The notes under the pieces are model-generated. The model made no database searches and was not told the origin of the DNA. It was given only the letters and a program-made list of their open reading frames with translations. 47,080 nt of DNA from Octopus bimaculoides (Eukaryota), in the NCBI RefSeq assembly GCF_001194135.2, contig NC_068983.1:96458642-96505721 (forward strand), read 5' to 3'. Position numbers and translations under genes: made by a program. Positions 38,030 through 47,080 of the stretch are shown piece by piece. Each line of letters starts with the position of its first letter. Positions within the stretch are counted from its first letter, which is position 1.

Positions 38030-39000
38030 TGTTTTGTGTTGGCGTTTTCGGCGTATGCGTTGGTGGTGGTGTTGATAGTGTTGATGGTCTTGATGGTGTT
38101 GGTGGTAGTTGTGACTGTGAGTGTTGGAAATGCTACTGTGTTGGGGCAGGGGTGCAGCAGTGATGTTGGAATTTATGATGACATCGGTGTTGGTGACACC
38201 GTTGGAGTTGGTGCTAGTACTACTAAGTTGAATGCAGTGTTATGGTTATATTTGGCGGCGGCTGGGGAGGTGTTGTAGCGGCGCCAGTGGTGTTGGGGTA
38301 GCAGCAGTGATGTCGTGGTGGCGGGGTTTGTGGAGGTGTTATGCTGACATTCGTGTTGGATTGACTGTGCTGTTGTAGTGGTAGAATTGAGGTGGTGGTG
38401 CTGTTAGTGTAGCAGAAGTGGTGTTTTGTCGGCGGCGGCTAAGGATGTGTAGTGGTGGTGTTGTGGTGGTGGTGGGGTAGTGGTGATGAGGTGGAAGTGG
38501 GGTTGGGCTGGTGATGGTGAAGTGGAAGCGGTAGTGTTAGGGCGGGGATTCTAACGAGGTGGTAGTGGTGTTGGAGTGGTGGTGGTGGTGGTGGTGGTGG
38601 TGGTAGTGGTGGATTGGCAGTGGTGCTGGGGTGACAATGGTTTCGAGGTGTGTGAAGGTAATGTGGTGGCGACGGCAGTGGGGTGGCATTGGTATTGGGG
38701 TGGCGGTGGTGTTGAGGTGGTGATGATGTTGGAGCGTTGGTGGTGTTGGGGTAGCGGTGGTGTTGTTGTTGGGGTTGTGATGGAGTGGTGATGGTGATGT
38801 GGTATTGGTGGTGTTGTGGGTGGTGGTGGTGGTGTTGGGTTGGCGCTGGTGCTGGGATGGTAGTGGTGTTAGGATGGGGGTAGTGTTGATATGACGATCG
38901 TGTAGTGTTGGCGATAGTATTGTTGCTGCTATGGTGGTGGATTGTAGTGGTAGGGGTGGTGTCGCTAGTTATGGTGACGGCAACAACGTCAGTCGTTGCT
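38030..39000. repeat. ~1-kb G/T-rich (GGT/GTT/GAT) cryptically simple tract
   Basis: Read directly; strongly G-skewed on the + strand. Confidence 0.85.
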
Positions 39001-39552
39001 TTGCTATTTGTTGTTATAGTTGCAGTTTAGCCCCAGGTCAGTCCTGACCGAACAGAACGTATGACTATGTTATCCATGGATCCGTCCCTAAGACAGCGGG
39101 ATGTAATTTGAGGACGATTCGGCTACTATTTCTGGCTGGTCAAAGAAGCACGCAAGATCTCTCCGTTCACTGCTTCCTGTTGTTGGGGATGATAATGATG
39201 ATGATGATGATGATGATGGTGATGATGATCATGATGATGATGATCATGATGATGATGATGGTGATGATGGATTAGGCTTTTATGCGTTAGTAAAGTTAAC
39301 GTCAATGGTAAAAGTGATGTAAATGTGGTGGTGGTGTGGGGGGTGATGGTGGTGGTTAAAGTAATGATGTTTATGGCTGCAGACAGTTGGTATTTATGGC
39401 CGCAGTCAGGTTCAGTAATAAAGAAATTTACATGGAAATCACGAGGCCTCCGATGCCGTGTGAATGTAATTCAAAAGTCCGGCTGTGCCACATATTATCA
39501 CATGCTTGGGAATACTCAGCCACTTAATATGTTAATATAATGAGCCGGATAT

Positions 39553-39763
39553 GGCAGTGAGCTGGCAGATCGTTAGTGCGCCGGTCAAAATGCTTAGCGG
39601 ATTTCGTCCATCTGTACGTTCAAAGTTCAAATTCCACCGAGGTCTACTTTGCCTTTCTTCCTGTCGGGGTCGATAAAGTAAGTACCCGTTGAATACTGAT
39701 ATCTATGCAATTAACTTTCCCCCGGGCCAAAATTGCTGGCCTTGTACCAAAATTTGGAATCAA
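39553..39763 (+). mobile_element. SINE family C copy
   Basis: GGCAGTGAGCTGGCAGATCGTTAGTGCGCCGG...GTTCAAATTCCACCGAGG...GGGGTCGATAAAGTAAGTACC. Confidence 0.82.
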
Positions 39764-40013
39764 TTTAATGAGTTGGAGGTACAGTTCCTGGAACATCTGG
39801 ATGCCAATCGTCGAAACTGACGGAAGACCTATCATTAACTGTAGTGGTGGTATTGATATTGCTGGTAATGGTGGAATAGTGGTTCTTGTTTTTTTATTTA
39901 CTAGTTAGTAGGAGTTCGCGTATTTTGTCTTTGCAGAACTTCCCAAACTGGTTAAAGTAATTAATATTTAGTTTAAAATCCTGTAGGTTGTTACATATGC
40001 AAACATGTGGATG

Positions 40014-40400
40014 CGGAGGCGCAATGGCCCAGTGGTTAGGACAGCGGACTCGTGGTTATAGGACCGCGGTTTCAATTCCCAGACCAGGTGTTGTGAGTGT
40101 TTATTGAGCGAAAACACCTAAAGCTCCACGAGTCTCCGTCAGGGGATGGTGGCGAACCCTGCTGTACTCTTTCACCACAACTTTCTCTCACTCTTTCTTC
40201 CTGTTTCTGTTGTGCCTGTAATTCAAAGGGTCAGCCTTGTCACACTGTGTCACGCTGAATATCCCCGAGAACTACGTTATGGGTACACGTGTCTGTGGAG
40301 TGCTCAGCCACTTGCACGTTAATTTCACGAGCAGGCTGTTCCATTGATCGGATCAACTGGAACCCTCAACGTCGTAGGCGACGGAGTGCCAACAACAACA
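40014..40400 (+). mobile_element. Full-length SINE family D with perfect 13-bp TSD
   Basis: TSD AAACATGTGGATG at 40001-40013 and 40401-40413; (CAA)n tail. Confidence 0.93.
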
Positions 40401-40920
40401 AAACATGTGGATGGTTGGGATATTGCTGGAGACTGCAGCATGTAGGGGATGGGATTCAGTACATTTTAAAATTCAGACGCTGAAAATTAAGACACAAGGA
40501 TCATGTGGAAAAATTAGAAGAGTTCTGGTTCGCTATATTCAGAACTGCATATTAATTGAAAATTTTAATTAAAGATTTCAATTAATTGGATTTAATTAGC
40601 ATAGCAAATTTTGACACGTCTATATTTAAGAAAAGATCGACCTGTATATTTTACAAGAATTTTTCTTAAAGTTCAGCATTGCATTACGAAGTAATTAATA
40701 AATCAGGCTCAAATCTTGAGAAATATACCTACCATAGCTTACATTAAAAAAACAGCGGGCTAAGCAACACATTGCTATTGAAATCAGAAAATTTAGAAGC
40801 ATCACAAAAATCATGTGTAGAAGACATTTTGGGTTACACAGTGAACCATGAAAATGCAGAGAAGTCGCTCAGTATCCTAAGAAGGTATTGTAGAACAATA
40901 CCTTATGTTGTGCTTGTGAG

Positions 40921-41080
<160 letters not shown>

Positions 41081-41379
41081 CATTGACCGACTGTCCAGTT
41101 CACACTATGGACATATGCTTCAAGGCCTACGTACTATCCCAAATATTGATATTTCATCTTAGAAATATTTGATTATTCTTATTAGTAACAATTATTTTAA
41201 AAAGGTGCGATAACAAAAAAAGGTATATATTACGTAACCATTCTATTGGCGTGTCGAAGCTTTGCATATGATATTCGAATTGTCATGTTAAAAATACTGG
41301 GATCAGGCATTAAGTTCGATGCTCGAAATACCAGTTTGGAGTGTCTTGTGTGCAAGGGGGAATTCAGTCACACATTGAG

Positions 41380-42640
41380 AGTTGTATTCATAGTATCTTT
41401 GGGCGCACATTTACTTCAAGCCAATTGTTCATTGTTGATTCGGATTTCTTCATCAGAGTTACTTCTTTTATTTGCAGGTGACTGGCCTATAACTTTTAAT
41501 GGTAACTGCGAGGTTCCTATTTCTAAGAAATTATGCACATGTTTTGAGACGTTTTTTTGATTCGGATATTTAGTGGCCATATAGTGCTGCTAATGTAACA
41601 TTTGTTGTATTTAGCACGCTGGACCTGATATATCATAAGTACGCAACTGTTGTGGATTGAAGAACTAGTCAATGTAGATAGGTTTCTGTGATTGAGGGAG
41701 CAGTTTCTTTCATTAGTATATTCGTTGAGAGAAGGCAGCAGTATACTTAGAACTTCTCTATGGATGGCCTTGTGTATAGCAGTAGTTATACTTTCCCTGA
41801 AGTGTGGTAACTTCTGAAGACTGGCATTGGAAGATTTTTCCTTTTTCCTTGGTATGAACTTCTGAAGGTAACTGGTAACGGATGCCAAGAATAGTCGACA
41901 ACCGGTAACTTTTGGAAGTGTGCGGCATTGGATGTCCCGTTTTTCTGTTTCGCTGCGTTTTCGCTGAGTGTGAGTGAACAAAATAATTTTTATGTACCCG
42001 TTTTTTAACAATAATAGGCAGAGCAGGGTTGATCTGAATGAAGTGGACGAACAGATTTCTGCTGTCAAATTTCTTGCATAATCTCTCCCCTTCAATTTGA
42101 GTTGGGCGTCAAGTAGAGAGAGGAATCCAATGTTGCAGGAGTATTCAGTGCTGAATATTGTGTGGTTATTATTGCTCGCAAACTTCTCCAGTATCGAGTA
42201 GTATTCTTCATGAGAACTGTGACCGGAAAAAGTACACAGTCCACGTATCTGGTGAAAAAGGTACTAGTGTAGCAGGTGGTGAGATTTTGGCTATCCAACT
42301 GGTCCATTTAAATGATGATTAGTTGATCCGCTTGACTGATGTATGCTAGTGGGTCTTGTCCAGCAAATTGAAAGAAGTCTTGTCCACGTTGAAACTGTTA
42401 AGATTAAAGGAGATAATGAAGCCGATCAATAACTCAATAGCTAGAAGAGCGGTTACTAAGTGTAGACAATGTCAAGAAGGGAGACATAAATGCTGCATTC
42501 AAATGGGTTCGACTTGGAGAAACTTTTACATGTCCTCATTAGAGCTAGTGCTCGTGACCAGGAAAAAAGTCAGAGTAAAGGTTTTTGGAACTGAGAGAGA
42601 AACATGAATTTTATACAACAATCTCTCAAAATTCGTGTAC
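41380..42640 (-). mobile_element. Decayed Penelope-like retroelement ORF (RT plus GIY-YIG endonuclease)
   Basis: Across frameshifts and in the expected order: II*MDQLD (RT motif B tail, normally AIIYMD), FFTRYVDC (YVDD), GFLSLLD (LPFLD), RNLFVHF, then MIYQVQRAKYNKCYISSTIWPLNIRIK (GIY-YIG: VYxxxCxxCxxxYIGxTxRxLxxRxxEH). Confidence 0.72.
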
Positions 42641-42650
42641 TTAGCACTGA

Positions 42651-42654
<4 letters not shown>

Positions 42655-42713
<59 letters not shown>

Positions 42714-42814
42714 GTCTGGGTTACATAGTGAAACTCTTTCTCTCTCACTCTCTTTCACTCTCTCTCTCCCTCTCTCCCTCTCTCTCCCTCTCTCTCTCTC
42801 TCTCTCTATATATA
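42655..42814. repeat. (CT)n microsatellite block running into a gap
   Basis: Read directly. Confidence 0.92.
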
Positions 42815-44198
42815 NNNNNNNNNNNNNNNNNNNNNNNNNNNNNNNNNNNNNNNNNNNNNNNNNNNNNNNNNNNNNNNNNNNNNNNNNNNNNNNNNNNNNN
42901 NNNNNNNNNNNNNNNNNNNNNNNNNNNNNNNNNNNNNNNNNNNNNNNNNNNNNNNNNNNNNNNNNNNNNNNNNNNNNNNNNNNNNNNNNNNNNNNNNNNN
43001 NNNNNNNNNNNNNNNNNNNNNNNNNNNNNNNNNNNNNNNNNNNNNNNNNNNNNNNNNNNNNNNNNNNNNNNNNNNNNNNNNNNNNNNNNNNNNNNNNNNN
43101 NNNNNNNNNNNNNNNNNNNNNNNNNNNNNNNNNNNNNNNNNNNNNNNNNNNNNNNNNNNNNNNNNNNNNNNNNNNNNNNNNNNNNNNNNNNNNNNNNNNN
43201 NNNNNNNNNNNNNNNNNNNNNNNNNNNNNNNNNNNNNNNNNNNNNNNNNNNNNNNNNNNNNNNNNNNNNNNNNNNNNNNNNNNNNNNNNNNNNNNNNNNN
43301 NNNNNNNNNNNNNNNNNNNNNNNNNNNNNNNNNNNNNNNNNNNNNNNNNNNNNNNNNNNNNNNNNNNNNNNNNNNNNNNNNNNNNNNNNNNNNNNNNNNN
43401 NNNNNNNNNNNNNNNNNNNNNNNNNNNNNNNNNNNNNNNNNNNNNNNNNNNNNNNNNNNNNNNNNNNNNNNNNNNNNNNNNNNNNNNNNNNNNNNNNNNN
43501 NNNNNNNNNNNNNNNNNNNNNNNNNNNNNNNNNNNNNNNNNNNNNNNNNNNNNNNNNNNNNNNNNNNNNNNNNNNNNNNNNNNNNNNNNNNNNNNNNNNN
43601 NNNNNNNNNNNNNNNNNNNNNNNNNNNNNNNNNNNNNNNNNNNNNNNNNNNNNNNNNNNNNNNNNNNNNNNNNNNNNNNNNNNNNNNNNNNNNNNNNNNN
43701 NNNNNNNNNNNNNNNNNNNNNNNNNNNNNNNNNNNNNNNNNNNNNNNNNNNNNNNNNNNNNNNNNNNNNNNNNNNNNNNNNNNNNNNNNNNNNNNNNNNN
43801 NNNNNNNAAATTGCAATATCACCCACCTATCGGCCAAAAATGCTCCATCTCCCACCTGTGTAAAAAAAAAAACTCTGACACAACCCTCAACACAAAATCC
43901 CCCAGGACCCCCCCCCCCCTGTATCATTTGACACACACTATATTGTAGACTCGTTGCCCTGTTACTGCCGTTTGGACTAAATATGCGGTTGTTTGAAAAT
44001 CCTTTATTGTGGGTTTAGTGTTGCCATTAGAGTGAATAAAATTCTAACGTTAACTCTATATTTTTTAAACAGATTAACTTCTGGAAACTTGCGCTTTCTG
44101 TTACACTAATTTTCACTTTCCCCACATGAGCCATTGATCAGAACTACCGATGCAAATATAATTAATGATTATTTAATAAAGGAAAAAAATAAAACTTT

Positions 44199-45945
44199 TT
44201 AACGAGAACCATGTGTCTGGTGCGATCCCGCTAGTATACATACATTTGGTTTCAAACTTGTCGACTTTAGCCGCAAGTCTCCTCGTTGTATCACATCCAG
44301 TCCAATTCTTTTATGGAAAAATAAAGTTCCAGCATGGTTAAATACCAGATTCAACCAGGTATGTGGTAGGCAAGCAAAAGTAATTTCTGATCTTTCCACA
44401 GATTGGGGTAGGAATTCAATATACACTGATGGTGCCACAAACCTTATTTGCCATTACGGCAATATCGTATTGTGACGTCATTGTCATTTTGTAATTCTAT
44501 CAATTCCTCCTGAACATCATCATCCTCGCAATTGACTGCATCGACCTCAAACGGATTGCTATACCAATTTGGAATATTCAGCGCAATAACATCTTGAAAT
44601 CACTCCACCGTTATAGTGCAATGATTGTAAATAGTTGCGATATGTAGTTAAATCCTCATCAATCAATTCATCATTCAAAGAGTCAAGTTGTGGAAATTGA
44701 TGAAATTGACGTTTTGGAATATTAGACAACACCAATTTCGAAATGAAAATAGTGATAAATGATTTACAATCAACGGGAGTTTTTCTGTTCCCTTGCAATA
44801 ACTTATTTAAATCATTTAATTTTGTGAATATATCACAAAGAAAAAAGACATCTCACCTTCCAGCCATCAGTGGAGTATCTTCAAAGAAAAAGATATATGA
44901 AACAGTTCAACACAGCGTAAAAGACGGTTTCCTTTTGACAGCCACCGCACTTCGGTATGGTATAAGAGTTTAGTATGATCCTCATCATTTCTCAGAGTTG
45001 ATGGAGAATTCGATCAGACAAGGGACTGGACTTCAATTTGTTCACAGTCTTGATATCTAACTGTAACGCATCATTCAAACTACTGTTCATATTTTTTGCC
45101 ACTAAATGATGCCAGTGTACCAAGCAATGAACAGTTAGTATCTGGTGGGAAATTTCACGCTTAGGAGAGATGAAAAACCTCTGTATCTTCCTATCATCGA
45201 AGGGGCTCTATCAGACGCAGAGGCAAGAATATAACTGAGTGGGATATTATGTCCAAAAAGGAAAGATTTGAGAGTGTAAAAAATAGTTGCACCTTTTGAA
45301 TCAAGCGGCAATTTCTCTGTGAGCAGCATTTCCTCACTGGGTCGAATATTTTCGCTGCTATACTCAACATATACCATCATTAAACATTGATTGTCCACAA
45401 AAGTTGACTCATCCACTTGTATAGAAATTTCAGAACGTTGAAGAATATTAATGAGCTGATGTTTGAGATCGTTGGCCATTTCATCAATGCGTCGAGAAAT
45501 TGTGTTATTACTAAGTGGGATCATCATAATGTAATCTGGTTTTTCGTGCATAACGGTAGACAAAACCTCTTCGATAACTGGGCGAAGTAATGTTTCTCCA
45601 ATAGTTTGAAACTTCCCAGACTTAGCAACAAGCAATGCAATGTTGTACGATGTAATCAACCCATCATTCTCCTGTTTACTAGTTTCCTGGAGTAGCGTGT
45701 TGAATGTTTGTATTTGCTTTTTGAAAGAGGAGCTCAGTTGCAACAAGTATAACAATGGCTTGTCCTTCTTGTCAGAATGCTTTGCTTCAAAGTGATACTT
45801 CAAGTGTGAAGGTTTCATTGCTTCGTTGGACAATGTGATGGCAAAGAAGGCACATTGGTGACTGACAGTTCTGAGGAAAGGGAATAAATTCAAACTATAA
45901 ATAATCACTACTGTACTGTCGATAAATTTTCTTGACTGGAGGCAT
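44199..45945 (-). pseudogene. Near full-length, disrupted hAT transposase of the Buster/ZBED5/SCAND3 type
   Basis: Start MPPVKKIYRQYSSDYL; BED finger remnant PMCLLC...SNEAMKPSHLKYHFEAKH; IPLSNNTISRRIDEMA; catalytic QVDEST; SDRAPSM (normally DGA); HCLVH (CxxH); HTEVRWLSKG; C-terminal GDLRL...HQTHGSR*. At least 3 frameshifts and several stops. Confidence 0.92.
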
Positions 45946-46299
45946 CAGTAAAGTGAAAATGTGAAAACGGATTTCTACAGACGGCGTCAGAAAGGCAGTA
46001 TGGTATTCCCAAAGAGAAGAATTAAATAGAGCAGAGTCAGATGGCACGTCTTTACTGGAGCAAATACAGATCTGGTTTCGTTTGGCTGCCAGCATTTCAA
46101 AAATTAAAGTTTATCGAAAATTTTAGAATTTGGTGCATAAATGTACCTTTCTAAGCTAAATTGCCGGAGTTATTCAACTTTTTCCAGAAAATTGTTTTTA
46201 AAAAGTATAATTACCATCTTTGAACTTCCACAAATCCAAAATTTTATTTTGGTTCGCGGGAGCAGCTGCCTTTCGAAGCCTCATATTGTCGTTATTTGT

Positions 46300-46480
46300 T
46301 CGAAATGAGGAGTAGATGGGCAGCCGACAACTGATGAAGGGTCGATCTTAATGTTACTTGTCTTGTTTTCCATTTGTTTCTCTCGTTGTTCACATACCCA
46401 AGTTTGTCTTCGTACTTCATGTTGTTTTCGTATATCATGTTGTTTACTTTTTGTGACGTCCTGTAGCCATATGTATATAT
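46300..46480 (+). repeat. Unclassified dispersed repeat (homolog of 29395-29590)
   Basis: See 29395-29590. Confidence 0.75.
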
Positions 46481-46494
46481 ATATATATATATAT

Positions 46495-46994
46495 ATTTAT
46501 AAACATAATTAAGGGATCAGCAAGCATTTGCTTCACCATATACCGAAGTTCAGAAATAGCAGCTAAAAAAGCTGAGACTCCAACAGATAGCATTACCTGT
46601 AACTCACAAAGGCAAAAACAAGAAGAAAAAAACAATGAAAACTAACCATTTAAAGTTAATCATAGACGCCTTTCTGGACTATGAATGATAAAATTCAATT
46701 TCCGTCATCGGTATGATATTCCATTAGTACATTCGACTACGCTAGCAAACCGCGCAAGTATGAATGAATGAACATTATGCCTCGACACAATCTGAAAGCA
46801 TAACCGAACTTACCTCGGCCAGCCATTCCACTACTTCCTCCTCAAGAAATTACCATGTGCGTTACAAACAATACCGCAGAAGCTTTGCGTTTACTATCAG
46901 GGAGTGAATAATTATTACAAATTAAAAGGGTATTTCTGAACTTCGGTATATGGTGAAGCAAATGCTTGCTGATCCCTTAATTATGTTTATAAAT
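46495..46994. mobile_element. 500-bp unit bounded by perfect 64-bp inverted repeats (MITE-like or inverted Penelope-type terminal repeat)
   Basis: 46495-46558 is the exact reverse complement of 46931-46994. No clear TSD. Confidence 0.65.
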
Positions 46995-47080
46995 GGATGG
47001 GAACTTTTAAATAAGTTCTCCACCGATAATGGTGCTTACATACCGAAGGGCTTGGTAGAAATTGTTAATTGTTGATTTAT

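Noticed and set aside
46325-46365. GACAA CTGATGA ... TTGTC hammerhead-like core
   Set aside because: No GAAA between stem II and stem III and no valid NUH; the homolog at 29540 reads CTCATGA.

Overview
Repeat-dominated eukaryotic DNA, either intergenic or inside a very large intron. About 5.6 kb (~12%) is N, in 13 assembly gaps, most of which abut (TA)n or (CT)n tracts. The very high microsatellite load ((TA)n, (CA)n, (TACA)n, (ATCT)n, (GGT)n) and the tRNA-derived SINE families resemble octopus genomes; this is recognition from memory, not a database result. I cannot support any host protein-coding gene, rRNA, genuine tRNA or CRISPR array, and nearly all supplied ORFs are microsatellite or gap artefacts. 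What can be supported is decayed transposon sequence. DNA transposons: an internally deleted mariner, a Tc1 relic, a probable maT relic, a Tigger/pogo relic, a near full-length but broken Buster/ZBED5-type hAT transposase, two hAT MITEs with 8-bp TSDs and a long-TIR TA-TSD MITE. Retroelements: the 5' part of an RTE LINE, a Tx1-like LINE tail, a Penelope-like RT plus GIY-YIG relic and many SINE copies from four families. The most interesting signals are structural: a minimal type I hammerhead ribozyme motif (155-199), a possible decayed HDV-like fold in the RTE 5' UTR, a 5'-intact but 3'-truncated RTE with an apparent TSD, a MITE whose core copies nearby sequence in inverted orientation, and several near-perfect inverted repeats. 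I see no evidence for a wholly new biological system; the leads concern transposon and ribozyme biology.
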